The translations under genes were made by a program, and so were the position numbers. Positions 23,025 to 35,946 of a stretch of DNA of 64,000 nucleotides are shown here, piece by piece. Position 1 is the first letter of the stretch. Every line of letters begins with the position of its first letter. Source of the stretch: Centroscyllium fabricii (taxonomy: Eukaryota); the NCBI GenBank assembly GCA_051313645.2, contig JBNRSN020000004.1:186248001-186312000 (forward strand), written 5' to 3'. Under the pieces are notes generated by a model. It made no database searches. It was given only the letters and a program-made list of their open reading frames with translations, and was not told where the DNA came from.

Positions 23025-24411
23025 TCATTCAGTACTCTCCTCTGATGGTGGAAGTGTGTTCAGCTCCCCACGCGGGCTGCTTGCAGCATTGGGACCACTG
23101 GAAAAGCTGAATCCTGAGATATTAAACATCTCAGTATTGTCCAAGGTGCTTTGGCTCTTGCTTAGTACCTGGTCAGTCGACCCTACAGCAGCAGATGAAG
23201 AGGCAAGGATTGGCTGCTGCATCATCAGAGGAGGAGGAGGAGGAGGAGGAAACTGGTACACATGCTGAGGAGCAGGAGGCATAATATTGAACTGTCCCAT
23301 CATCTGCTGGTACGGCGGCTGTTGCATGTACGGTCCAGAGACTGACGCAGCTGGTGCCGTGTGTCTCCAGCTGTGGGTACCTTGCTGGAACCTCGACGCC
23401 GTGGGGGTGTAGGTAGCTGGTGCTGAAGCTGATCGCACGGAGATGGGGGTCAGCAGCTCAGTGAACATGTTGGTGATGCGCAACCTTGACTCCTGGAATA
23501 TTTCATCTGGAATGCTGACCAGGGTGTCACGCACGTAGTTGGCGAAGGCTAAGGTGGGTGTGATGGGCTGAGGCTGCGCCAGATTTCTGAGGATCTCCCC
23601 AGTCTCCTGCACCCTTCTATTGATGGACTGCAGCTGCTCATCCTCCTGGGCACGCTTCCCCCTGGGGACAGGGGAGGGTGTGCTGTCGTCAACTAACAGC
23701 ATCTCTGCACAGGCAGCCTCGCCAGCCTCGAGGTCCCCGCTGTGTGCTGCAATGGTTTCCTTTACCTGCAATTATGACAAATGATTAGTAAAATACAAAG
23801 CAAAAATACGAGGCAAAGTACAGTAAAACTAATATAAATAAATATTATTATGGATATTAATATGTGTTTATACTTACACTGTGGACGGGCTCAGGACGAT
23901 GGCGGACCACAGTCGTGAGGAAGCCGAACTTTGCCTTCACCCACTGCTCCCTCTCTGTCAGTTCCTGGGCGCCATCACCGCTTCTCTTCTTGTGGAGATG
24001 GGTGTGGGTGTCTCGCAGGGACTTGAACCACCCTTGAAGGTGCTCCACACTCTTCCCCATGTCCTTTGCCTGATCCGCCCAGAGCTTTCCCTTCTTGTCC
24101 ACCCTCCGATAGTCCGTCTTTTTAATGTCCCAGAGGATGGCGTTCTCTGTAAGGAACTCCAACATCTGCTGCTCCTCCTCAACAGCAAGACAATACTGTG
24201 TCTTCTTGGCCCGCTTCTTTGCAACGGTTGGCTGAGACGATGTGGAGGCCACGGACACAGCCACAGACGATGCCCGAGAGACGTTGGAAGCAGCATCCTC
24301 TCCGTCAGAGGGTGAGCGTGATGGCAAGGGTGTGGGTGCTGGATCCTCCATGCATCCGCGCCCACGACCACGAAACTTCCTGGCAGCATTCCTGGAACTT
24401 CTCCTTGGCAT
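23025..24411 (-). CDS. Two-exon MADF(-BESS-like) DNA-binding protein, ~424 aa; exons 24411-23878 and 23765-23025
   Basis: MADF pattern ILWDIKKTDY..KLW..WFKSLRD..W..FGFL; GTAAGT donor and TTGCAG acceptor in phase 0; BESS-like AFANYVRDTL..I; no stops. Confidence 0.8.
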
Positions 24412-25330
24412 TATGTCAAAAGCAACAACAGACTTCTCTCAGCAGATTTTCAGGTAGAACTGGAAGCATTGTGTGGAGCTGAGCTGCTTTAAAGTCTAGT
24501 GGTATGATTTGAATCGTCCAATGACAGCCTTTGAGTAGGCTACCCCACCTGATCTTCGTAGACACGCTGGCGCCGGCTGTGCATACGTTATGCATACGTC
24601 CAGTACGTTGCGTCTACGTTACGTACAATACGCTGGTCATACGTTGTTAATATTTCACAAAAAAGAGCTCGGAAACGTCAATGTACGCTACGTATACGCT
24701 ACGTGTACGTTATTTATACGTCAAATACGCTATGAATACGCTTCTAAACCACAAAAATTGAACAAAGTGTCAAAAGTTCAGTGTTTTAGCCTCATTTGCA
24801 TAGGCTGGCTAAAACATCAAGGTGTGACAGGGCCTTGAGATTAGCCAACTTTGCACTGACCAGGGATAAACCAAGGACCTTTCTTGCTTATATAGTTTAG
24901 TTCCAATAGAGCAACAGATGCAATAAATTTAATGTAACTTCTTTTGAAGTAAGTTTTCCAACAAATATTTTGATATATTTGACACAGTACTAAGAATCTA
25001 GAATGACAAATTAATGGTATCCAATTTCGTTCCTGAGACTGATCCGCATAGCCTCTTCATGATTTTATCACATGAATAATCGTATTTTGAAATCAATAAC
25101 ATTAACATCAGGAAAATCTCAAAATTGCACTAAAGAGTATTAGCTGCCTTTATATTGGTTTTCCTTTCATTCGTATTCTGGAAGCCCACTCTCAGCATTT
25201 ACATTGTTATATTCACTCTCCCTAAACCAGTAACAGATATAGATCCAATTTATTTACCTGGGAGCAAGATTCTGCCATCTGGCTATGAAAAATGGAGTTG
25301 ACAGTATCATCACCAGAAGTGGGACTCCTC

Positions 25331-26012
25331 GGGGGAAAAATTGGTTGGTTTGCGCCTCTCGTTAGCGTACCCAGGGGGCGCTAATGGGCGCAAATCCCTT
25401 ATCGCCTGGGTGTGGCGCCACTAACACTTTCCGCGAAATTTAGCGGGTGGTTAGTAGCGGCGGTAGTAAGTAGTGCCCTGCGGTGCTGCGCCGCTGGTGA
25501 TGTCGTCATTGCCATGTGTAACTCCCCGGCCGCAAACATCCCTTGCGTCCCCATACCTATCGACGGACGATATGTCCGAAAGGATCAGGGGACACTTTTG
25601 TAGCAGCAGTGGCGTGGGGCAGGTGTCAGGCAGTCATTTTTATTTTGGCTGACTGCAAGTACCTGTACCCTTTCACTTTGTTGTATGCTAGGTGCCGGCT
25701 GCGATCACTCAGCACGGCACTCCTCTTGAGTGCCGGGCTGTTTTTCCGGCACCCCGTTCCTCGTTGGTCTAGCGGGGCATGCAGCACTAGGCCCCTTCCG
25801 TTTAATCAGGGGAGGGAGGCCTGAAATGACGTGGCTGCACATAGTGCCGCAAAGTTCAGCAGTAGCGCCCCAAGCAGGAGGTGGAGCACTTTCCAGTAGC
25901 GTCCTATCTCCTGCATGGGGTGCTACTATTGAATTTACAGCAGAGGGGTGCTAACTTTAGCGCCCCGGCGACGCTCGTGCCGCAAAAGGAACGTCACCCA
26001 ATTTTCCCCCCC
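25331..26012. mobile_element. MITE (Harbinger-like termini)
   Basis: GGGGGAAAAATTGG ... CCAATTTTCCCCCC; CpG-rich interior with TAGCG/CGCTA repeats. Confidence 0.65.
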
Positions 26013-26171
26013 GAGATTCTGAATTAACAGGTCCTGTTAAACATTTTTAATACAATAGGTATTATACACTCAATAATGATGCCTATTTCTACCAGGTACC
26101 TAATTATCTATGGCAATAGGAAAGATTTAGGGACAGTTAATCTCGAACCACTTTTTCTAGATATCCATTCA

Positions 26172-26291
<120 letters not shown>

Positions 26292-27173
26292 TTACTTCAT
26301 GCAACTATTTTTTAGGAAGAAATGCTTTGAGTAAGCACTGATCAAAAAGAGTTGGCCAATAATCAATCCAGAGCATTCAGTGTTAAGCTATTTTTTGGTT
26401 ACAAAGCTACAGCTGTTAGCACACACGCCATTCTTCTGCTGTCAGCTGTACCAAGAAATCAAATAGCATCAACTGACCTTGCTCCAGTGACAGTGGCGAG
26501 CTCCTGCTTGGTTTTATGGGTTTATAAATTGCCACCAGATTTGCCAGCTCTGCTGTTCAGTGTCTCATGAAGAACTGGACCAGGTGGGAGCATAAAGAAG
26601 GGACAGCAGTGTGGGGAGGCCGATATAGCCCTGCTCTCCTGAAATTAAAACTGCAGAGTCAAGATCACCAAAATAGGCCAAAAGTGATTATGGAAGAAGA
26701 CCCCACAGTACTAGAAAACTCTACAGTTAGCAGGTTCAGTAGGGGACCATGGAGTTCATCTATAGTGTGCACATAACCATGTATATAACTAAGGGTAATT
26801 TATTATATTTTATAAATCACACAAAGGAGTTTTATTTCTCTAATATACACAAGGCATATCATATTTCTGCCCTACACATAGGTCTTCGTGCACCATTTAC
26901 CCACTACTGTCACTTTACTTGATATACTTTCAGAGCATTACCATAATCGAAACTATTACATGCTCCTTGTTATGTAATAAATGTCTTCACAGTGCTGAAA
27001 ACTAGCTCCAAGTAGGATCTCTCATTAAGAGGAGGGGAAATACACTGCTTAAAACTCAACATCAGAAATGGGTGCTGAAATTGCAAAGGTCAGTTCGGAA
27101 CTCTGCACAACAGCACTTAATGATGGACCGCACAGACTCATAATATCCTCAGTAATGGTGAGCGAGAAACTAT

Positions 27174-27806
27174 GGCCCAGAATTTGCCTCAATAAAAGCT
27201 GCCCGCAGAGATCTCGTGATCTTTGTGGCGAAAAGTTTTCCTTTTTCGATGCGTAAGTGCTTTCAGTGCAGTGCAGTGGGAATTCCCTCGTGCAGTCTGT
27301 TGTGTCATCAACAAGCTGTCTAAGCAGCCAATCACATTGCAGAATTCTTACATACAGGGAACCAAGAAATGAGAAGCTGCTTTTATCCAGATGTTTTAAA
27401 AATGTCACAGAGAGAAAAACAAAGATTGGGGCTCTCACATGGGGATAAGGTGAAACATCATGAACGATCTTAAAAAAACACTTTTTTTCAAGTTTCTTAA
27501 AAAATTGTAATTTTTATCACAATGGAAAAATTTGACACCCCACAAAATTAAAATTACTTTTTCAGGGCCATAATGTTTGTTTAGCAGTCAATAAGCTGTT
27601 AAAATCCCAGTTACACCTAATCCAACAATGCCTATTTAATGGGGTATTTAACAGAGATATTACTGTGGAATATCCCAAGTTTGCATCAGTTTCACTGATT
27701 ATCAGCTATAGAGGGCGGGGCACAGTGCAGCCAGTGTTGGAGCAGTGAATGACTGACCGCAGCGTGAGGATTTCCGCGTTTAGATGCACATCGCAAATTC
27801 CGGCCC
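27174..27806. mobile_element. Harbinger-type MITE
   Basis: GGCCCAGAATTTGC ... GCAAATTCCGGCCC; TAT on both flanks. Confidence 0.7.
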
Positions 27807-29018
27807 TATACTGCCAACATCTACTGTATAAACAATTGGACTGAAGTTGATTTTCTGATGAGGTGAACCAGAAGTTTGTTTACCTATCTCTGTCTAAGAA
27901 TCTCCTTTTGTGAATTGCCTAAAATCAATTTAAATGCTTCGATTCACTAACTAATTTCTTCTGGATATCCTATTTTCAAGCTGATTTTTTTTCATAACAT
28001 AAATTGCTTTAAGATACCGATTTTCCTGTTAAACCAAATGCATGTCAGAGTTTCTACTTCAAAGATCCTGCCAAAGTGTCCATATGGTCTTAAATGCAGG
28101 TAACATGTGCAGGTAAGGAGATAATTTATGGTGCTTATTGTCCTAAGCTGTCCAAAGCCTGTACAAAAATGGGTTAGGTACTTAGTCAATTCTGGCAGCA
28201 AGTATACTGCACTTCAGCATTGTTCCACCATTAAAATCTAAATGACCTAGAAAGAAAATCAATATTTCTAGTCAGCCTTCTGGCTACTGTTTTGCCAGTA
28301 GGTATGGATTTTCTTTGCCTTGCTTAGCTCCTCTGGGAGTATTGTAACCCTAAGTGGGTAATAATGAGTTTGCAGCCTAGTTCATCTTACTGCTGAACAT
28401 TTGAGTGGTTGATATTGTATATTGTCAGCGCTTTGTGCTGCAGATTAGACTTGTCATCAGGCTACTTTTATAGGGTGGCAACATTCTACTTAACCTTTGG
28501 GCACGACACAGGAGTCTGTGGTGTATGTCTTAGTTACAAAAGAAAGATTCAGCCCAACTAAAATAGTTCAGGTGGAAGCAAGTATCACACTATTGATATC
28601 TTATGGATTTCCGACTGAACTGAGTTAGCAAGAAAAAAAATGTCCAAACAGATTATGTGACTTTGCATTTGTTTTTTTGGTAAATCAATGGCAGCTTAAT
28701 TGCTGAGTGTGGTTACAATAACTCCAAAGGGTGAATAATGTCAATGCATTCACTAAATTCAGGCTTCAAAAATACAATTAGAACTCCTTAAAGGGAAAGA
28801 TAATGCTGCTGGATTTAGTACCCATTAACACTAATGGATGTTTGTTGTCCTGTTGAGAAAGGTAAGGAGAGCAATTGGTACCTTAGGAACAGCAATGAAT
28901 AGGGTCTCTCTAGAATATTGGTGGGGTATAATCTTTTCAATTTGATCTGAGCTTGATCCAGTCTAACATTGTGAACTAGCTGTGTAACAGTTGGATTTTG
29001 CAGTTCAAGTCTTTATTG

Positions 29019-29373
29019 TAAGAAGTCACACAACACCAGGTTATAGTCCAACAGTTTTATTTGAAATGACATGCTTTCGGAGCGCAGCTCCTTCCTCAGG
29101 TGAAGTGACGAGATTCATTTAAACATAGCATATATATAGAGAGAGAGAACAATGTGGTCTCTCCAACTGTTTCACAGATGTGAAACAGTTGGAGAGACCA
29201 CATTGGTCTCTCCCTCTATATATATGCTATGTTTAAATGAATCTCATCACTTCACCTGAGGAAGGAGCTGCGCTCCGAAAGCATGTCATTTCAAATAAAA
29301 CTGTTGAACTATAACCTGGTGTTGTGTGACTTCTTACAATTGTCCACCCCAGTCCAACACCGGCAGCTCCACA
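29019..29373 (+). mobile_element. Penelope fold-back insertion (~160-bp arms) with hammerhead motif on both strands
   Basis: TSD TCAAGTCTTTATTG at 29005-29018 and 29374-29387; near-perfect palindrome ~29016-29340 centred ~29178. Confidence 0.85.
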
Positions 29374-29463
29374 TCAAGTCTTTATTGCCACAGGACTAGA
29401 AATTTCTTCAGCTCCTATTCTCAAACGACATGTTGAGGAAGCTATATCAGGGATAGAGACAAT

Positions 29464-30171
29464 GGCCCAGAAATTGGCCTCTGAACGCGTGAGTACGGAC
29501 GGGGTACTCATGCGTAGGCCATTGCAAAGTGCCTGTTTCCTGCATGCACTGCGCATGCGTGGGAAACCGGCACTTCCGTTCCCTGAACTAAGGGGTTACA
29601 CGGTGAAGCGCGTGTGTGGGTGCAGCAGCACGTGCGCATTGCACTTGCGCTTTTTTTACAGGATTTTCTGTCCGGGTAAGTAAGACCTGCTTTTAACAAA
29701 GTAAGTGCTGAATTAATTCAAATTAAAACATTTTTTCCACAGGTTTATTATTTTTAAATACTTTAAAGAAAGGTAAGTTTATTTTTAGCCCCTTTAGGAA
29801 AAATAATTCATTTTTTCAAAAGTTTTAATTATTGTTTAAAATAGTTATTTAATGTAATTTATAATTATTTTAAAAATGTGATTTAAAAAATATATATTTC
29901 AAGTTTCAGTGATGTTTCGGGGCTTGTAGTTTTCATAGTTTTGACAGCTCTTCCTGTCAAACTTATGAAAGGAGCATTCTCTGCTCCGATTGGCGCTCCA
30001 TGGCCCACGTGATCCATCACACTAACTGCGCCGCTGGGATACTCAAGCACAGCGCACCGGCAGCTGAAGCAGGCCCCGGATCGGAATTCCACACGGGCCC
30101 ACAGCTCAACGGCCGGTGCGCAAGTTAAGTGCTTACACCCGCAGGAAGCCTCCGACCCGAATTTCTGGGCC
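29464..30171. mobile_element. Harbinger-type MITE
   Basis: GGCCCAGAAATT ... AATTTCTGGGCC; AT-rich core. Confidence 0.75.
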
Positions 30172-30521
30172 ATTAAATCAAGGTGTGAACTGAGATAAAG
30201 ACTTCCGGAAGTGGAAATATGCCGGAATGGTGATTCAAAGATATAAATGCCTGCAGGCTTCCCTGATTGCTATGTGTGTAAATGTATCACCTGGTGTGAT
30301 ACTGTGCTACACAGACCAAGGAAGTCTTCATTCAATCTTTCTTCTGTCAAATTAGCTGATCTCCAGAGTTCCTATTTTTGACAACTATCCAATGGTGCCT
30401 CTTGGTGCATCTGTTTGGATAGAATCAGGCTTGTCTGTGACTCCCTAACGCCTCCATTAGCAGTCTGTTAAACTCACAGTTTATAAGCACACACAAGGAC
30501 TAGATACAGTAATGAGTTAAT

Positions 30522-31727
30522 GGGCCAAAATTTGCAGTGGGTATGATGGCGTAATCTGAGAGTACGCCGTCATACTGCCTTTGTAATACACGGCAAGTTC
30601 TGGAAATCCCGAACTTGCCATCTATCAAGTTCTGACTTGACAGATCATCCGCACCAACACTGCACGGACCAGAAAACTTAATTGCTGGCACAGATTTGGG
30701 CTAATTGCCCACCAAGTGCTCAGCAATTATGTACAAAAATGGGTCCCCATCAGGTAAGGTCGCATTCTATTCAAATGCCGTCATAAGGTCAGAAGTGGAG
30801 ATGTTTACTGATGATTGCACAGTGTTCATTTCCATTCACAACTCTTCAGATAATGAAGCAGTCCAGGCCTGCATGCAGCAAGACCTGGATGACACTCAGG
30901 CTTGGGCTGATAAGTGGCAAGTAACATTCATGCCACACAAGTGCCAAGCAATGGCTATCTCCAACAAGCGAGAGTTTAAACACAGCCCCATGACATTCAA
31001 TGGCATTACCATCACCGAATCACCAACCATCAACATCCTGGGGGTCACCATTGACCAGAAATTTAACTGGACCAGCCATATAAATACCATGCCAGCAAGA
31101 GCAGGTCAAAGGCTGGCTATTCTGCAGCGAGTGTCTCACCTTCTGACTCTCCAAAGCTTTTCCACCATCTACAAGGCTCAGGTCAGGAGTGGTGATGGAA
31201 TACATCCACTTGAGTGTAGCTCCAACAACATTCAAGAAGCTTGAAACCATCCAGACAAAACAGCTCACTTGATTGGCACCCCATCCACCACCTTAAACAT
31301 TCACTCCCTCCACCACCGGCATACCGTGGCTGCAGTGTGTAACTTCTACAAGATACACTGCTGTAACTCACCAAGGTCTCTTCAGCAGCACCTCCCAAAC
31401 CCGCGACCTATGCCACCTAGAAGGACAAAGGCAGCAGGTGCATGGGAACATTATCACCTGCAAGTTCCTCTCCAAGTTACACACTACCCTGACTTGGAAA
31501 TATATCACCGTTCTTTCATCGTCGCTCGGTCAAAATCCTGGAAATCCCTCCCCAACAACACTGTGGGAGTACCTTCACCACACGGACTGCAGCAGTTCAA
31601 GAAGGTGACTCACCACCACTTTCTCAAGGGAAATTAGGGTTGAGTAATAAATGCTGGCCTTGTCAGTGACGTCCACAACCAAGGAACAAATAAAAAAGGT
31701 ACTCTGCCAACCGCAAAATTCAGGCCA
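30522..31727. mobile_element. MITE containing a CR1/L2-clade LINE 3' fragment (~30775-31697, +)
   Basis: GGGCCAAAATTTGC ... GCAAAATTCAGGCC; inner MFTDDC, WADKWQVTF, LGVTIDQK and an A-rich tail. Confidence 0.65.
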
Positions 31728-31739
31728 AATATACTAACT

Positions 31740-32958
31740 TGAGTAGGTCAGTATCTGTAGAGAGAGAAACAGAGCTAACATTTCAGGTCGATGACCTTTC
31801 ATTAGAACTGGAAAAATTTATAGATGTAACAGGTTTTAAGCAAGTGCAGGGGCAGGGAAAGCGGGGAGGTGAGGAAAGAACAAAAGGGAAGGTCTGTGAT
31901 GGGATGGAAGGCAGGAGTGATTAAATTCCAAAAGGGATGATGTACAAGGCAAATAGGAGTGGTAGTGCGACAAGTATAAAAACAGGGAAGTCCTGCTGGA
32001 GTTATACAGGGTATTGGTGAGGCCACATCTGGAATACTGTGTGCAGGTTTGGTTTCCATATTTGAGAAAGGATATACTTGCTCTCAAGGCAGTTCAGATA
32101 AGATTCACTCGGCTGATTCCGGAGATGAGGGGGTTGACTTATGAGGAAAGGTTGAATAGGTTGGGCCTCTACTCATTGGAATTCAGAAGAGTGAGAGTCG
32201 ATCTTATCGAAACATATAAGATTGTGAGGGGGCTTGTTTGGGTGGATGCGGTGAGGATGTTTCCACTGATGGGTGAGACTAGAACTAGGGGCCATAATCT
32301 GAGAATAAGGGGCTGCCCTTTCAAAACTGAGATGAGGAGGAATTTCTTCACTCAGAGGGTGGTGAGTCTGTGGAATTTGCTTCCTCAGCTAGCTGTGGAA
32401 GCTGGGACATTAAATAAATTTAAATCGGAAATTGACAGCTTCCTAACTGATAAGGGAATAGGGGTTACGTGGAATGGGCAGGGAAGTGGACTTGAAATTG
32501 AGTTCGGATCAGCCATGATCCTATTGAATGGCGGAGTAGGTACGAGGGGCTGTTTGGCCTACTCCTGCTCCTACTTCTTATGTTCTTAAGTAAGTAAACA
32601 AAAAGTGGGTCTAGAAGAGGTGTAAATAGGAATAGCAGAATCATCAACAGCAGCCATCCAAGAAAAAAGGGGGCAGATGCTATGATTTGAAATTGTTGAA
32701 CTGAATGTTGAATGAAGGCTGTAAAGTGCCTAATCAAAAGATGAGGAGCTGTTCCTTGAGCTTACATTGAGCTTCATTGGAACAGTATGGGAGGCTGAGG
32801 ACAGAGAGGTCAGATTGGGAGTAGAGCGGAGAATTAAAGTGACCTTCCCATTTATTCTTTCCTCCCCTCCTCCCTTTCCCTGCCTCTGCATTTGCTTGAC
32901 ACCTGTTACATCTCTAACTCTTTTCAGTTCTGATGAAAGGTCATCAACCTGAAACATT
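31740..32958. mobile_element. Penelope-like 3' end (minus) with inverted copy, interrupted by a CR1; resumes at 36473-36575 after the Harbinger
   Basis: KLKEQLLIF-like minus-strand coding at 32690-32780; hammerhead motifs ~31775-31810 (-) and 32927-32958 (+). Confidence 0.6.
31972..32589 (+). mobile_element. CR1 LINE 3' fragment
   Basis: RPHLEYCVQVW, RRNFFTQRVV, (TTCTTATG) tail. Confidence 0.88.
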
Positions 32959-33213
32959 GGGGGTAATTTTTAAAAAGCTGCGGGAAGCTGGTGGGTTTTG
33001 GGCGGGTCAGTTTTCTGTCCCGCCCGTCCAAGGATCTGGAATGGCCGAGCGATTTTCACTTAATTGATCAATCAATTCCCCGCGGGCGGGAGCCCTTTCC
33101 AGTCAACCAAATCCAGTAAGAAAGTCGCAGAATATGACATCACCGTGTCAGTTGGTTTAAAATCTCACAGCGAGCCCTTCCTACTCTGCAGGGATCTCTT
33201 TGGTTGTGCTGTC

Positions 33214-35178
33214 ATGTCGCAGGAAGGTTCTTCAGCTGGGGGAAGTGAGAGGGGGCGACTAGCTCCCCGCTTCACCGAGGAGTCCCTGCAGGCGCTGGTA
33301 GAGGGTGCAGTGGCATGCAGAGAGGTTCTGTTCCCTGCCTCTGGCAGAAGAAGACCACCCTCCCAAACTAAGGCTGCTTGGCAGCAGATCGCTGAAACGG
33401 TGAATTCGGCATCCGTTAGTACAAGGACATGGATACAGTGCCGCAAGAGATTCAATGACCTGCATAGAACTGGAAAAGTAAGTTTCAGTTGACCATCACC
33501 CTTAATCTGATGCCCTTGCCATTTCCTCACCAGCACTTGCATTCACCAATCTCTTCCTCCACATCCCACTTCACACTCACATTCATGAACCCTTATCCAT
33601 TCCCTCTCTCTCTATGCTAATAAACACTTAACTATTCCACTGTGCAGCCCTCACACTCCCTCTCACTCTGTCGCTTGGACCACAACTGACAGCACACAGG
33701 GAGGGACCTCGGTCTTGCAACCTCACTCCATCTTTCTCTGCCTCCAACTATCCAAGCTACTCACTCTCTGCACTCACTCCTTCATTCTCACCACTCACTC
33801 CTTCATTTGCACTCAACCTCCACTTGTCCCTCTCATTGCAGGAGAAGGCAGCACACAATAAGCAAGAGCAAGCCAGGACTGGAGGAGGTCCACCATCACT
33901 CGCACACCTAACTACCTGGGAGGACGCCATGCTGGAGTTACTGGGGGATCACACAACGCCACCAGTTGGGGATGGTCAGAGAGGTTCATCCTCACAACCT
34001 GGTGGCAGATTTGTTTGAGATCTCTCTCCTCATAACATTAGTGGCACATAATGATGCTGATAGTACATCTAATGAACATGTGAGCATCTGCAGGATGCAA
34101 TGTGTATGTAACCTTGCTATAACATCTCTAACTCTATGCTTTACTCCCCCACAGGACCATCCACAGCCCCCGTCCCCAGTGGCCATGAGCAGCAGCCTAA
34201 GGCTGAAGACTCCTCAGAGGAACCTGCAACCTCTGAGGGTGCAGCATCAGCAGAAGTCAGCGCACCCAGCACCAGTGGAGATACTCACACTTCGGTGGGA
34301 CGTTCGGTACATAGCTTAGTTTTGTCACCTGGTGCATCACAGCTCACAAGTGAGCATCAGCAGATTGTGGAGACAGGGACAGCAGTGGGGAGTCCGAGTG
34401 GAGGGCGCAGGACTCTCCCAGCTCAGCTCAGCTGAATGTCGACCCTCAGCCTCTGGGTCCATCCACTCTATCCAAGGTGATGGGAATCCATGGTCAGATG
34501 TAGGAGTCTCAGGCAGGTTTTGTCTCCAGGGTCGCCATGAGTGTGAAACGAATGGAGGAGTCCATCGCTAACATGAGCAGGGCCTTTGTGGAGTCACAGG
34601 CGCAACAATGTAGCACCATGGAAAGGTTGGCTACAGCCATGGAGGCATCAAGTCGCCGCAGTAAAGAAAACATGGTCAATGTTCTGAATAGACAGACATC
34701 TCTGGAGGAGTGATGGTCAGCTATGGAGCAGCGGCACCAGACCTTCATGGAAGTCCTTGTGAGAAGGACTGCCATTGCAGATGCGGGTCCCCATAGCCCC
34801 CCTGATGTGCAGCAAGTTGCTCTCCAGCCACCTGCACGCGCTGAGGGGGAGCTGACCCATGAGAGGGATGTTGGTGGCACACCTCAAAGAAGTGGGGGCT
34901 CCTCTCCAGGCACTCATACTTCCATGCCTCTGGCAAGCCCTCGGTCAGAGCCCCACAGGAGTCCACACCCAAGCGTGACAGGTGTACCAAGCCCTGCACA
35001 GCCGCAGGAGCAGCAGACTGCTAGCGAGCCCTCACATGCTCGCCACCCCAGAGGACGCCCGCCAAAGGTGTCGAGACAGGAGCAGCAGGGAAGTGAGCAA
35101 GGGGCCTCCACATCTGCTGAAGCCACAGGGGAACCACTATGTAGGAGCACTCGTAAGAGAAAATTGAAGCACAACTAA
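33214..35178 (+). pseudogene. Myb/SANT-like protein; exons 33214-33477, 33842-34001, 34155-~35178 (exon 3 disrupted)
   Basis: APRFTEESLQALV..W..IA..V..RTWIQCRKRFNDL; EKAAHN..RTGGGPP; phase-compatible GT/AG; stops at 34433 and 34711. Confidence 0.75.
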
Positions 35179-35424
35179 TCACAAGGGGAGTCACTTGGGT
35201 GCAATTTGATGTTTAATTGTGCCAGGTTTTCAAAGTAAAAATTTAATGGCAACTGCTGAGGTTCTGAGGTCATTGATTTTGCACACACGGCTTCCACTAT
35301 GAGGGCTTATGGGTACTTCCAGTTGTCAGGATGCCACAGAAAGAGCTAGGAATGTGCTGGGTCTTGGCCATGAACGAAGCTCAGTTAAGAAGCTGTGAGT
35401 CACGAGTGTTTGATTGAGCAGGCT

Positions 35425-35946
35425 AAGTAAATTTCCTCAGGATGAGGTCGCTCCTAGCAGCCCGGCCAGCAATGTTCTCACGTAATGGTGCCACTGGTAG
35501 ATGGCCTTCTGCATCATCGGCATTTGCACCCTCCTGCTCCTCATGGTCATCCTCATCCTCATCTGAGGAGGGTATGCTGCAGCATTGCGCAGATTTCAGT
35601 CACTACCTGGCACGAAAGTTGCAGCCACCTTTGGCACTGCCACTCAGTCATATTGAGATAGGTGAACCTGAGTGTGTACACACTGTTTGCGGGGTATCTC
35701 CTGCACCGCCAGCCTCCCAAGCACTGGCCCCTTCTGCCCTGAACTGCCTGCGGAGGCTGAACAGGAGGCTGCTGCTGCTGCTGGTTCTGCTGCTGCTGCT
35801 GGTTTTGCTGCTGCTGCTGGTTGTGCTGCTGCTGCTGGTTGTGTTGCTGCTGCTGGTTCTGTTGCTGCTGCTGGATGTGCCGCTGCCACCTATGCCACTG
35901 GTGCTCCTCTAATGCCAAGAAAGGAAGGAAAAAAAGGCTTCCCATG
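35425..35946 (-). pseudogene. HARBI1-like transposase remnant (polyQ N-terminus joined to acidic C-terminus, DDE core missing)
   Basis: RRYPANSVY..FTYLNMTEWQC..LQLS..VVTEIC, followed immediately by an EDEDDHEE-type tail. Confidence 0.6.
35767..35873 (-). repeat. Compound CAG repeat, (Q5N)-like 18-bp period
   Basis: (GGTTnTGCTGCTGCTGCT)n on the plus strand. Confidence 0.9.

Larger units (their letters stand above)
22122..24835 (-). mobile_element. Non-autonomous Harbinger/PIF-type DNA transposon carrying only a MADF gene
   Basis: 28-bp TIR AGGCCCTGTCACACCTTGAYGTTTTAGC; flanks TAA/TGA; subterminal TACG/ACGT arrays at both ends. Confidence 0.85.

Noticed and set aside
24338-24356. GGATCCTCCATGCAT resembling the next DGKB exon (MHGGS)
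   Set aside because: Lies inside the MADF ORF, with no flanking DGK similarity or splice sites
27884-27918. Possible 35-nt minus-strand micro-exon (TTTTAG...GTAAAC)
   Set aside because: Not frame-preserving, no DGK similarity, weak donor
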